From contig OZ249436.1 of NCBI GenBank assembly GCA_965235115.1, positions 2,110,001 to 2,174,000 on the forward strand: DNA of 64,000 bases. The letters run 5' to 3'. This document shows, one piece after another, positions 50,601 to 63,952 of this stretch; positions within the stretch are counted from its first letter, which is position 1, and each line of letters begins with the position of its first letter. The notes beneath the pieces were generated by a model. It saw nothing but the letters and a program-made list of their open reading frames with translations, made no database searches and was not told where the DNA came from. The stretch comes from Laetmonice hystrix (taxonomy: Eukaryota). The translations under genes and the position numbers were made by a program.

Positions 50601-51774
50601 ACCGCTTGGAAAGCAATAATTAGGAGATGGATTCGATCGAAACTGATATGAACGGATAAAAAAATGATTACAAATATTTTCTTATTACTTTTCAAATTGA
50701 GATCATGAAATCGCTGAAAATAATAAATTAAAACGTCGTTAGGTTTGAATTGATGGCGGCGACAGTGAAATAGTCTGAAGTTAATTCACTCTCTCAATGA
50801 GTTCATAAAATATTTCATCCAGTAACGGGAATAACGAAACTAGGCGCACCCTATTTGAGGCATGGTAACTTATTTTTTTAAATTATTTTTTGCATGGTCA
50901 CCCCCATTGTAATCTCCTGGCCCGCTATGGTCACATTTGGACCTGTGTACACATGTATACACCCACCCCCACAGGTGCACACAGGTGCAGGTACGATCCT
51001 CTGTAGCAGACACGCTCCAGAAACACAGTTCCCTTCCCACCGGCTTGTTGTTCGCTCAGAGTTCGAACTAAAAGCCAATGGAAGAAAGACATTCCCCCAA
51101 GCCGATGTATTTGAGATGCGTGTATCGTTTCCGTTAAAGGCCCTATAACAATTAAACTGTATGGAATTTTAACTGACATTATCAATCAAACACACGGTCT
51201 CGCATAGTGCTGCCCCCTGGTGGCTGTTGGGGGAACTATTAAGGTACCTCCCGAAATTTTGTTTTGGTTTTGTTTGAGTTGTCTCAAACTGGTCTCAGGT
51301 TGAAAAAGTCAGTGTTTCTGGAGGTGGGCTGTGGTGCTATCCCCTCCCCGTCCCACCCTGTCCGGTGTAAAAACCCTCCTGCTCCCTCTCTGTTTACCCC
51401 TCTATGCTGAGTGTTGTCACCCCACGAGGTCGAACCCCCCGGGGTGTGACCCTTGAGGTCAGCCAGGACTGGGACCACTGCCCCACCCACCAGACTACCC
51501 TCAGCTGTCAATCAACGCCTCCTGGAGGTGTGGCTAGCAGTGATTGATGTATGTCAGGAGTTGAAGGACAAAACTGTGATTTGATGTCTGTTGGGGGCAG
51601 TGGTTGCAGCCGCTGCAAGCACACATTGAAAGCTAACAAACTGGGCTGCAACTGAATCTACAAAGCTTTTTGAGAGATTACATTTCTAACCTTTTCTAGA
51701 TTGAAACTTGGTGTGTTGTTGCTGGATGCGAAGTGAGAAATAGGCATGGACCGTCTCTGGACCAGTAGTATGGA

Positions 51775-51985
51775 GGTGACGTCACAACTATCTGGTGTGA
51801 GACATTCCATAGCTGGTGACGTCACAACTATCTGGTGTGAGACATTCCACAGCTGGTGACGTCACAATACTAACTGGTGTGAGACATTCCACAGCTGGTG
51901 ACGTCACAACTATCTGGTGTGAGACATTCCACAGCTGGTGACGTCACAATACTAACTGTCTGATGTGAGACATTCCACAGCTGGT
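51775..51985. repeat. ~41-bp tandem repeat, ~5 copies
   Basis: Unit ggtgacgtcacaactatctggtgtgagacattccacagct. Confidence 0.92.
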
Positions 51986-53559
51986 GCATGCTGGGAACAT
52001 GCCATTTGGTCGGGGGTATCGCTTCAAATGATTTTCACAGGAGAAATGTTTTGAAATGTTTGGGACTGATTGGGAAGTTGATGCAAAGTTAAGCCATGTA
52101 AAGTAATGTTCTGTTCCCAGCTGGCATGATGTGTGGAGTGTTTCTAAACTTGTTTCTGTTACAGCAAGGTCTACTCCAGCCTCACCCTGTAACTTAATCT
52201 TACCTTGCAGCATGCCCACATAGTATTAAGGTGGATGGTCGTCTCCTGCTGTCAACTTTGATCTCTGACTGTCAACATGGTAGAATAAAGGCATGGCTTG
52301 ATTTAGCTGAAGATCAACTCGCTCTGTTTGCAGTAACCTCTCAACCACGTGATTGAAGATCCGATAGCTAATATTTTTACTGCAATATATCGCCTGCGTT
52401 ATTGTAGCTAACTGAAGAAAAAGTGTCATCAAAATTTCATGGATTAATCCCAGAAAGGGCATTTGGCCGGTTTTATGTTAACTTCAATAAGGGTTGTTCT
52501 GAGCGATAATAGAGAATTGTATTGTGAACGTTTGGCCGGAAAGTCGTGGTTAGTGAGAGGACGTACATTGAGTGAAGCAGTACTTCACTGTTGCCATGGA
52601 GATTACAACGGACGCCTGTGGACGTTGATTGCATGAAATGCGTACGAATTGCAGATTAAAGTTTAACTACTCTGCACTAAAACTCCATCTGCTAACAGTC
52701 AACCTATACTTGAAACTTGATACATTGAGCTAACACAAATTAAAACCGTTACTTACAATTTTAAGGACCGGGGGCCACCGGATTTCCGCTAGTTAAGTCA
52801 AATTTCTTCTAGCTGATTAAGTAACAGACGCTATCCTATCCTGGTTAAGTTTTAAGAAAAAAATACTCTTCTCTATCAGATGATCGATTTCAAATTGAAC
52901 GGAAGTTTGTGTCACTGCCTCAGAAAAAGGATGTCTCCTGGTAGCTATGGGATGATCCGATATCACCAAAAGTCTAGCTTTAAGGAAAGATGAATTCACC
53001 TCAAAGTTTGCCTTTAAGAAGTCTGTCTGAAAGCCAATGGTTATAATATCTGGATTACATTTTCTCGATAATGGATAGTCGACTCGAGTCGATACGTCAG
53101 TATCCTGGAGAAAGATTTTATATAAATCCAATGCACTTTAAAATTTTCTGGTAAGTATTCCTGGTGCGATGAGAGCTGTTAAACTGATTAAAATTAAATA
53201 TATAATCTTCACACATTAGAAGGAATAACAAAGGGCTATCGCCTTTCTAGTGTACCAACTCTGGATGATAACGAAGATTCGGTACATACCATTATGAAAT
53301 ACAGAAATCTATTAAAGCTAGGAGCCCAAGAACTGGCTGAACATTTGACCAGAGTTTAGTTTTAGAAGATGCTGAGAGGTAAACTAGGAAACAGTTGTGC
53401 TCAGGGACCTTGATAAATCGGTGACTGGTATAGAGAAAGCCTTTATATTGGCTCTATACAAGGGTAAACGGCCCGGGAGTGGCGGTCAGAGAGAGTGGCC
53501 GGGTACCAGTCGGGTATTATAGTAGGACCGACGTGATGTGTGGTTGTCGGCGGGTCACT

Positions 53560-53760
53560 GGTCGCCCTGTCCGTCTCCTCGCCACTCGCCACTCATAGAT
53601 AACCTTGGCCAGACATCACGTGACCTCATGTACTTTACCATAGCCAATCAACTGGAAGCTTCCAGCTCCAGACGACGGCGCGACAGCCAATCAGCCGTGC
53701 CCTTCCATCACCACGTCAGGGCACGGGGCAGCCAGCCGGAAAGCAGCCTGTTTCCTCTGT
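53560..53760. promoter_or_regulatory. candidate internal promoter or enhancer
   Basis: GC/CpG-richer patch with E-box tcacgtga (53616), two agccaatca CCAAT boxes (53642, 53685), ccacgtca (53711) and ccggaa (53736). Confidence 0.35.
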
Positions 53761-54231
53761 TCCTCTGGCTGAGCATGGATTCTTGATAGAGAGAGTAAAA
53801 GTTTGCCGGCCGGTTTGTCTGTTAAATCCCTGCTCGGTGAGGCTGACAGCAACCGGCAGCAGACTGAGAGCGGGAATGGATCTTATCTGTCACTGCAAGG
53901 CGTGCTCAGAATACACGCTATGATGATGACCTCTGACAGGGCCTTGATTGGGTTTCCACAGCAACAGTTTGATAGCCAACCTCTTACTCTAACTCCAAAA
54001 TCTGTTTTCTCAGTCGTCTGACAATTATATGACATCATCTGAAAAAAGGGGTCACAATAAGGATGAATGAGGTGGAGAGGACAATGCCCCCACCAAAGTC
54101 TGCCGGACTGACAGACTGGCTGTGTATTCACTGTGTATCTGTGTCTCCTTGGAGAGGACAATGCCCCCACCAATGTCTGCCGGACTGACAAACTGGCTGT
54201 GTATTCCCTGTGTATCTGTGTCTCCTTGTAA

Positions 54232-55537
54232 AGCCCCAGTCCCACCAAAGCCGATTGTACGACGTTCTATGCCGTTCTATCAAGATCTGAGATTTAGTTT
54301 ACGTCGTGATGAATCGTGATGAAATCATGAAAACCCGAAGACCTAGCTACGAATCTATCATGTTCTATCCCGACATCGGCCCGACCTTCCCGACAGCGCA
54401 ACGACTAAAGCAACGTTCACTGCCGACCTATGCAGATTGAGCTTCGACCTCTCAAGATCCCGGCCCGATGTATGGCGACCTATACCAAGATTGACAAACG
54501 ATGTAGCAACGTTCTATGCCGTGCCCCAGCCGAGCTACGACCTGTCCCGATGACATCTGGTCTAGATCAGGGCTAAAGCCCCAGTCCCACCAAAGCCGAA
54601 TTAGCTACGACGTGTCACGATCTGATAAATCGTGTAGAATCGGGAAAGGTCCTAACTCGGTCGTACAGTAGTCTTGATAGATCCCCATAGGTCGGGATAG
54701 GCCACGATTGCACCCCGACAATTTTAAACTGTTCAAAACAATCGGCACTGGTCGGGAAAAAGCTCAAATCGGGGATATACCGTAGGTCAAACGTTGCTCA
54801 GTCGGGAATAGTCGGGGGACAATCGGGATAGTTCGTTGTTCAGTCCTGGTTGATCGTAGGACAATCGCCGGACATTTCCTAGATCTAGCCCTGACGTCAT
54901 CGGGACAGGTCGTCGCTCGGCCGGGGCTCAGACGGCATAGAACGTTGCTACATCGTTGGTCAAACATCGGGTCGGGTTCTTGATAGGACGTAGCTCAATC
55001 TGCATAGGTCGGCAGAGAACGTTTCTCGGTCGGGAAGGTCGGGGGGATGTCGAGATAGAACATGATAGCACGCATCGTGATCGTTGAGAGATCTTTGGAA
55101 AACCGTTGCCCAGTCGCCGTTGAACGTGGCAATTCGTAGCTAGGTCTTCGGATTGTCATTATTTCATCACGATTCATCACGACTTAAAATAAATTTTAGA
55201 TCTTGATAGAACGGCATGGAACGTAGTACAATCGGCTTTGGTTGGAGTGGGGATTAATTTTCTGGCAGTTGTCCTACGATAAACCAGGACTGAACAACGA
55301 ACTATCCCGATTGTTCCCCGACTATATTCCCGACTGAGCAACGTTTGACCTACGATATAGCCCCGATCTGAGCTTTTTCCCGACCAATGCCGATTGTTTT
55401 GAACAGTTCAAAATTGTCGCGACCTATGAGGATCTATCAAGACTACTCTACGACCGAGTTAGGACCTTTCCCGATTCTACACGATTTATCAGATCGTGAC
55501 ACGTCGTAGCTAATTCGGCTTTGGTGGGACTGGGGCT
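54232..55537. mobile_element. PIF/Harbinger-like MITE (outer copy)
   Basis: TIR agccccagtcccaccaaagccga / tcggctttggtgggactggggct, flanked by taa and tta. Confidence 0.85.
54577..55254. mobile_element. same-family MITE nested in inverted orientation (inner copy)
   Basis: taa|agccccagtcccaccaaagccga ... tcggctttggttggagtggggat|taa. Its body is the reverse complement of the two outer halves. Confidence 0.8.
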
Positions 55538-55739
55538 TTAGACGTCCCAAGTGACTGGCCAGGGTCCGACCCTTACGGTAGACGCCATCAGTAGTCGGCC
55601 ATTTACTGAACCACAGGTCCGTGTGGTCACGGACCATGAGCTTGTGATAGACCAGACGGCCAGACTCACTATACAAAGTAATAAAAACCTTCACTGTACA
55701 GCTCTATTGTTGGTGAAAGCCACGCTTGGCCTTGACAAA

Positions 55740-56165
55740 GATAACTCCCAATATTGACTGAGGTAACTCAATATAATATAGTGAGGTAACTCCAAATATT
55801 GATCAAGGTAACTCCCAATATTGACCGAGGTAACTCCCAATATTGACCAAGGTAACTCCCAATATTGACTGAGGTAACTCAATATATAGTGAGGTAACTC
55901 CCAATATTGACCGAGGTAACTCCCAATATTGACTGAGGTAACTCAATATATAGTGAGGTAACTCCCAATATTGACCGAGGTAACTCCCAATATTGACCAA
56001 GGTAACTCCCAATATTGACTGAGATTGTTCTCAATATATAGTTAGGTAACTCCTAATATTGACTGAGGTAACTCCTAATATAGTGAGATGTAACTCCCAG
56101 TATTAACCGAGTTAGCTGTCAATATATAGTGAGGTATAACTCCTAATATTGACTGAGGTAACTCA
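55740..56165. repeat. ~22-bp minisatellite
   Basis: Unit ggtaactcccaatattgaccga. Confidence 0.92.
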
Positions 56166-58640
56166 ATACGATCCTCGGACGGGCAGGGCACCAGCGGGTA
56201 CCTGATTGGTCCTGCCGGTACATCGACTTGAACAGAACGTTGTAAGTCGGTATATCCGCGATAATTAGTTCTGTATTGTAGATAATGGTCCCAGTTTATT
56301 ATTCAAATCTCTGTTCGTTCCAGGTGGAGAAGGCAACAGCTAACATTGTGACACTCTTTGAAAGTAAACCCAACATGAAGATCAAGTTAACCGTTGCATG
56401 GTCTGTACAAGAAGCCCGGCGGTTGGTTCGACTTGTTTGCTTGCAGTCTGTATCAGTTTCAGGATGGCGAGAGAGCGGGACAAAGGGCACAGACAGTTTG
56501 CAGCACATCCATTCGCCGGGAATATGAATCTTCCCTGTTGTTTCATTGTGGCAGCCTTTGCGCTTCGGATTTTACAAGATCATTTAAACTTTTTGTAATT
56601 TTCCTTGCAGGACTTTCCAGTTATTGCTTTCTTGCAGAATGTGAAGACTGATGTGTTCATAATAAACTGTTTTAGGGTGACCCTACCATGTGTGAAGACT
56701 GATGTGTTCATAATAAACTGTTTTAAGGTGACCCTACCATGTTGCCTGATTGGACTTTTAGCGTTACCCTTTGCAGACGTTTTGATTCATAGATTCGCTT
56801 GTAGTTTCGTATCCTACCCCGAAATCCCTGTTTTTCACCGAATATTGTTACTGAGGTGGCTTCATCACTGAACGTTTTCGTTTATGCTGCATCCTGATTG
56901 GCCCTTTAGAGTGTCAAATGACTGTTGACAGTCCAATCAGCCAGGCTCCCGTAATATTTATCACGGAATGTGGCACAGTTTTTGCAAGCTTTGGCTTCCG
57001 CTTTATTCAAATGCCGCGTGGCCTGGCTATCATTGGGAAAGACTCGGCACAGGACGTAGATAGGGAAAGTCAGAGGAAATGATAAAGGTTTAATCTGAAC
57101 AAATCTTAACGTCATCAATGCAAGTCAAAGTGTATTTAAAATAGCGTGGTACATTAGGTCGCATACACATTTTAAGAGGGTAAATAATTCAGTTCTTGTG
57201 CAAATCTGTAATGACTTATTTAGAAAAGCAGGACGATCTTTACTTTACAAAAGTAAGAGTGTTGCCCTCTCACTGCCATCTGAGTCTATGAGTCTGTTTG
57301 ATATACTGTTTAAAGTTGATAGTCACTTGGCAGTGTCAAAGTACTCAAACTGTCGTCGTCTAGAGTTACTGGTACTGTTCTCATGTTACACTTTCAGAAC
57401 AAGCTTTCCTGGTGGTTTCCAAGGTAGAATTCCACGGATCGATGTATAAACCTGAATCTTTGCCAACTGTCTTTATCTTACACAGACTCACCGGTCTCTG
57501 GGGTACAGGCGGTCCCTTTGATGACGCCCATAGGACGGGACTGAAGACTTGGGGAGGGCGAGGGGGCCCAGGATATAATCAATGATAGTCCGAGTATTGT
57601 GAGTCTAGATGATGGATTCAGAGAGGACATACTAAAGTGGGAGTTGAAACGAGAATATGTTTGAACTTTCATGTCGTGTGGGTCTGTGCCTATCTTGTAG
57701 CCATGATGAGTACCTTCCAACGGAAATTCTTGAGAGAAAAAAAACGGGGTTTGAAAGAGTTCCCTGAATTTATGGTTTTGGGAAGACTGCCATGCGTAAC
57801 CCGAAGACACCTCAGACTGTCACCTTTTTTTGAGGGGGCGGGGGTGGGGGGGGGGGGGGTGGAATACACACGACAAAGTTTTCTTGCTATGAACATTGAT
57901 GCCATTTTTGTTTGACGCATGAAGATGTCAAAATAATGTCAAACCTTGATGGGATTTCATTTGTGGAAAAATTAATTTCAGTCAGCGGATAATGAGACTA
58001 TTAATTTAATCAATAAGTGGAAAAACTTGTGAGGTAATTACCCCAGGGTTTTTATTACTGGTATTTTTTCCCCGACGGATTATGACCTGAAATTCAGCCG
58101 TTTAGAATTTGTGCATGTCTCTGTGGCAAGGCCTGATCTTCCATTCCAGATTGATGAGGTGTGCCCGTCTGACATGTTAAAGTAGTATACATGTACAATG
58201 TTATAATGTTAATGGGCAGACAACCCTGGTGGTTGTTAATATTGTTGGTATGTTGTTGAACAATGCAGATATTTACTGGAAGTTTTTCTCCCTGTCTGGT
58301 AGTCTGGTACAGACTCCAGGATGGACAGTTTGATAATGTTGGACGTGATACTGAACCGTTGTCAGAGAGTTGGTGTTAGTGACGTCAGTGACGGTCAGTC
58401 TGGGAGGAGACGGGTCAGTGGCGGGCGTTGGGGGACGGTAGGGGGCGGTAGGGGGCGGTAGGGGGCAGTAGGGGGCGGTAGGGCACGGTAGGGGGCGGTA
58501 GGGGACGGTAGGGGGCGGTAGGGGGCGGTAGGGGGCGGTAGGGCACGGTAGGGGGCGGTAGGGGACGGTAGGGCACGGTAGGGGGCGGTAGGGCACGGTA
58601 GGGCACGGTAGGGCACGGGGAGCGAGTCTGACGTTTTCAG

Positions 58641-58787
58641 GTGGACGGACGCCATGGACGAGGTGGACGCTAGGTGTCACGTGACCCTTCTCTGCTACAG
58701 GTGTCCCTCTTACTGTTTCAGGGGCCCGGGACTTCCACTGGACCCTTATGTCACACCCCCCGATAGTCCAGTCGACAGTCTTGGAAG
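58641..58787 (+). CDS. candidate unc-13 exon, copy 1 (WTDAMDEVDAR...GPGLPLDPYVTPPDSPVDSLGR)
   Basis: Three acceptors in the same frame give exon starts 58641, 58701 and 58722, all phase 2 like the upstream donor. Candidate GC donor AG|gcaaga. No homology recognised. Confidence 0.4.
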
Positions 58788-59790
58788 GCAAGATTCTGCC
58801 ATTGCTCTTTTTTTAATTGTTCCTTTTATTCCTCTAGCTGTTTTTATTGCCTGTTTTTCACATACAGTACCCAGACAACATCACAATTCTAGATCCTGCC
58901 ATTCCCACAACCTGTCACCAGTTATACCTGGTAAATAGGTTTACACACACAGCTTTAGCTTTACACATTGCGTTCAATAAATCCAGAATTATCCCTGTGT
59001 TACGGTAATTGGATACAAGTTCAATCATGATTTAGAAAATAATTTGAAATTAATGGCGCTATTTGTTATATCGTGCTGCCTGTGCACTAGTGTACGGTCG
59101 GTCTATGGTTGGAAAAACTGTACGATCCATGGAATACACACGACAAAGTTTTCTTGCTATGAACATTGATGCCATTTTTGTTTGACGCATGAAGATGTCA
59201 AAATAATGTCAAACCTTGATGGGATTTCATTTGTGGAAAAATTAATTTCAGTCAGCGGATAATGAGACTATTAATTTAATCAATAAGTGGAAAAACTTGT
59301 GAGGTAATTACCCCAGGGTTTTTATTACTGGTATTTTTTCCCCGACGGATTATGACCTGAAATTCAGCCGTTTAGAATTTGTGCATGTCTCTGTGGCAAG
59401 GCCTGATCTTCCATTCCAGATTGATGAGGTGTGCCCGTCTGACATGTTAAAGTAGTATACATGTACAATGTTATAATGTTAATGGGCAGACAACCCTGGT
59501 GGTTGTTAATATTGTTGGTATGTTGTTGAACAATGCAGATATTTACTGGAAGTTTTTCTCCCTGTCTGGTAGTCTGGTACAGACTCCAGGATGGACAGTT
59601 TGATAATGTTGGACGTGATACTGAACCGTTGTCAGAGAGTTGGTGTTAGTGACGTCAGTGACGGTCAGTCTGGGATGAGACGGGTCAGTGGCGGGCGTTG
59701 GGGGGCGGTAGGGGGCGGTAGGGGGCGGTAGGGGGCGGTAGGGGGCGGTAGGGGGCGGTAGGGCACGGGGAGCGAGTCTGACGTTTTCAG

Positions 59791-59937
59791 GTGGACGAAC
59801 GCCATGGACGAGGTGGACGCTAGGTGTCACGTGACCCTTCTCTGCTACAGGTGTCCCTCTTACTGTTTCAGGGGCCCGGGACTTCCACTGGACCCTTATG
59901 TCACACCCCCCGATAGTCCAGTCGACAGTCTTGGAAG
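59791..59937 (+). CDS. candidate unc-13 exon, copy 2 (D>N variant: WTNAMDEV...)
   Basis: Near-identical duplicate of 58641-58787 at an offset of 1150 bp. Confidence 0.35.
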
Positions 59938-60239
59938 GCAAGATTCTGCCATTGCTCTTTTTTTAATTGTTCCTTTTATTCCTCTAGCTGTTTTTATTGC
60001 CTGTTTTTCACATACAGTACCCAGACAACATCACAATTCTAGATCCTGCCATTCCCACAACCTGTCACCAGTTATACCTGGTAAATAGGTTTACACACAC
60101 AGCTTTAGCTTTACACATTGCGTTCAATAAATCCAGAATTATCCCTGTGTTACGGTAATTGAATACAAGTTCAATCATGATTTAGAAAATAATTTGAAAT
60201 TAATGGCGCTATTTGTTATATCGTGCTGCCTGTGCACTA

Positions 60240-61060
60240 GTGTACGGTCGGTCTATGGTTGGAAAAACTGTACGATCAGCCTTCGATTGCACAAACTACG
60301 ATCAGCCTATGATTGCACAAACTGTACGATCGATTGTACAAACTGTTCGGCAGGCCTATGATTGCACCAACTGTACAATCGGTCTATCAATACAAAAGCT
60401 GTTTGCAGGCCTATGATTGCAAAAAAACTGGTTGGTAGGCCTATGATTGCACAAAATGTACGCTCGATTGTACAAACTGTTTGACAGGCCGACGATTGCA
60501 CCAACTGGTTGGCAGGCCTATGATTGCACAAACTGTACGATTGGCCTATGATTGCACAAAATGTACGATTGGCCTATGATTGCACAAAATGTACGATCAG
60601 CCTACGATTGCACAAACTGTACGATCAGCCTACGATTGCACAAACTGTACGATCAGCCTACGATTGCACAAACTACGATCGATTGTACAAACTGTTCGGC
60701 AGGCCTATGATTGCACCAACTCAACGATCGGTCTATAATTACAAAAACTGTTTGGCAGGCCTATGATTGCAAAAACTGTTCGACAGGCCTATGATTGCAA
60801 AAACTGTTTGACAGGCCTATGATTGCAAAAACTGTTTGGCAGGCCTATAATTACAAAAACTGTTTGGCAGGCCTATGATTGCAAAAACTGTTCGACAGGC
60901 CTATGATTGCAAAAACTGTTCGACAGGCCTATGATTGCAAAAACTATTTGGCAGGCCTATGATTGCAAAAACTGTTCGGCAGGCCTACGATTGCACAAAC
61001 TGTACGATCAGCCTACGATTGCACAAACTACGATCAGCCTATGATTGCACAAACTGTACG
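60240..61060. repeat. ~29-bp degenerate minisatellite
   Basis: Unit gcctatgattgcacaaactgtacgatca and variants such as ...gttcggcag. Confidence 0.92.
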
Positions 61061-62275
61061 GCAGGCAGAATCAAACTCCCAAAAGTGCTCACTACCAATC
61101 ACGTGATCACTCCAAACATGTTACCAAACTGCTGATTCATTGCATGAATTTTTAGAACCAGTCCCACTTTGTAATACTGAAGGTTTACTATGCGCATGAT
61201 ACTTGGCTGCTACGGTTCTAAAGTTTACTTTGGACTCATAACTTTTGGGGATCAACTGGCACTGATCCCTGTAAATATATGAGCGCCAGTTGAATTCATT
61301 GATTTGTTGAATATTCTCAATGTCCTAATGCATGTTGATGGATCTGTCCTTCGATCAACTGTTTGAGGGTAATTACAAATACCCCCTGCCAGCCGGCCGG
61401 GGGTGCAAGAGTCACTGAATGTAGAACAGTCGAGGGCACAGTTGTTCTTGTCTCGATGTTGTGATAGTCTAGGATTCAGTAGTTAACCTCATCATGAGTA
61501 TGTCGTCACAGTTGATCAGTTCTGTTTAAAGGCATGCAGTGGCTGACATTTACGACCACAGCATTTAATATACGCATTTATTTCGTATCCTTGTCATACG
61601 CAGAATGTACTGTATGTAAGATTGGTTTTACATACATTGGTATCGTTCCTAGATAGCTGATATCATAGTGACATTTAAATTGTGGACAAAACGGTCAGCG
61701 TTCTGCTTAGGCGATGATTTACCGTTCATATACTAATCTTGTGTCTTGTGAAAACCAATGATATTCTTGGAAATAATATACTGAGAAAATCGTATATTGC
61801 TCTATGGATCAGCACCACAAATCTTAGTTTATGATACAATATGTGGGGTATGTTTTAAACGAAAGGAAACACACCATTTATGTAAAGTATGATTCATTAG
61901 CCTGATATGTAAGGGGGCGTCAGCACAAAGCTAACCTTAACTATTAGCTTGCGTAATTTTCTGACAAATAAAGTCATTCTTACAACAGGCCTAAGTAATA
62001 TTGGATCCTAAGAAGTAAGAAGTTATTTTGATGACCAAAGATTGTCTTTTCTCTTACCAGATGATACATGTAAACAACTTGTCCTACAGGTCACGCTGAT
62101 CTGTAATTTATTAACATTACGTAAGGACAGATAGGTTCAGGTATTGTCTTACATGAGAATAATTAAAATCAAGTATTGTTTTTTTCTATCTCTGACCCAG
62201 CAGTCTTGATACGCTCAGGTCAGTGTCTTTGAGATCACCTTCTAACTTCTTCTTCAATATGTTATCATCTTGGTA

Positions 62276-63952
62276 AAACTGTTTCCCGTGAGAAGTATAA
62301 GATATGTCAAGTATATCCAGTAACCAACCCCAGAATACAACTGTTTCCCGTGAGGAGTATAAAATATGTCAAGTATATCCAGTAACCAACCCCAGAATAC
62401 AACTGTTTCCCTTGAGGAGTATAAAATATGTCAAGTATATCCAGTAACCAACCCCAGAATACAACTGTTTCCCGTGAGGAGTATAAAATATGTCAAGTAT
62501 ATCCATTAACCAACCCCAGAATACAACTGTTTCCCGTGAGGAGTATAAAATATGTCAAGTATATCCATTAACCAACCCCAGAATACAACTGTTTCCCGTG
62601 AGGAGTATAAAATATGTCAAGTATATCCATTAACTAACCCCAGAATACAACTGTTTCCCGTGAGGAGTATAAAATATGTCAAGTATATCCATTAACCAAC
62701 CCCAGAATACAACTGTTTCCCGTGAGGAGTATAAAATATGTCAAGTATATCCATTAACCAACCCCAGAATACAACTGTTTCCCGTGAGGAGTATAAAATA
62801 TGTCAAGTATATCCATTAACCAACCCCAGAATACAACTGTTTCCCGTGAGAAGTATAAAATATGTCAAGTATATCCATTAACCAACCCCAGAATACAACT
62901 GTTTCCCGTGAGGAGTATAAAATATGTCAAGTATATCCATTAACTAACCCCAGAATACAACTGTTTCCCGTGAGGAGTATAAAATATGTCAAGTATATCC
63001 AGTAACCAACCCCAGAATACAACTGTTTCCCGTGAGAAGTCTAAAATATGTCAAGTATATCCATTAACCAACCCCAGAATACAACTGTTTCCCGTCAGAA
63101 GTATAAAATATGTCAAGTATATCCATTAACTAACCCCAGAATACAACTGTTTCCCGTCAGAAGTATAAAATATGTCAAGTATATCCATTAACCAACCCCA
63201 GAATACAACTGTTTCCCGTCAGAAGTATAAAATATGTCAAGTATATCCATTAACCAACCCCAGAATACAACTGTTTCCCGTGAGGAGTATAAAATATGTC
63301 AAGTATATCCATTAACCAACCCCAGAATACAACTGTTTCCCGTCAGAAGTATAAAATATGTCAAGTATATCCATTAACTAACCCCAGAATACAACTGTTT
63401 CCCGTGAGAAGTATAAAATATGTCAAGTATATCCATTAACTAACCCCAGAATACAACTGTTTCCCGTCAGAAGTATAAAATATGTCAAGTATATCCATTA
63501 ACCAACCCCAGAATACAACTGTTTCCCGTCAGAAGTATAAAATATGTCAAGTATATCCATTAACCAACCCCAGAATACAACTGTTTCCCGTGAGAAGTAT
63601 AAAATATGTCAAGTATATCCATTAACCAACCCCAGAATACAACTGTTTCCCGTGAGAAGTATCAAATATGTCAAGTATATCCATTAACCAACCCCAGAAT
63701 ACAACTGTTTCCCGTGAGGAGTATAAAATATGTCAAGTATATCCAGTAACCAACCCCAGAATACAACTGTTTCCCGTGAGGAGTATAAAATATGTCAGGT
63801 ATATCCATTAACTAACCCCAGAATACAACTGTTTCCCGTGAGGAGTATAAAATATGTCAAGTATATCCATTAACCAACCCCAGAATACAACTGTTTCCCG
63901 TGAGGAGTATAAAATATGTCAAGTATATCCATTAACCAATCCCAGAATACAA
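62276..63952. repeat. 62-bp minisatellite, ~27 copies
   Basis: Unit aactgtttcccgtgaggagtataaaatatgtcaagtatatccattaaccaaccccagaatac. Confidence 0.98.

Larger units (their letters stand above)
57860..60277. repeat. tandem segmental duplication: 57860-59127 and 59130-60277
   Basis: Both copies start tggaatacacacgacaaag and end ggaaaaactgtacgatc. They differ by a few substitutions and by 120 bp of an internal 10-bp GGGGGCGGTA-type repeat. Confidence 0.95.

Noticed and set aside
56324..56527. Possible exon after ctgttcgttccag
   Set aside because: The frame compatible with the upstream phase-2 donor stops after about 9 codons. I saw no convincing donor or homology.
57486..57598. Possible exon between a good acceptor (ttatcttacacag) and gtgagt
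   Set aside because: All three frames contain a stop before the donor.
1..63952. CRISPR-like regular arrays
   Set aside because: The units are contiguous tandem copies with no unique spacers, there are no cas genes, and the context is eukaryotic.
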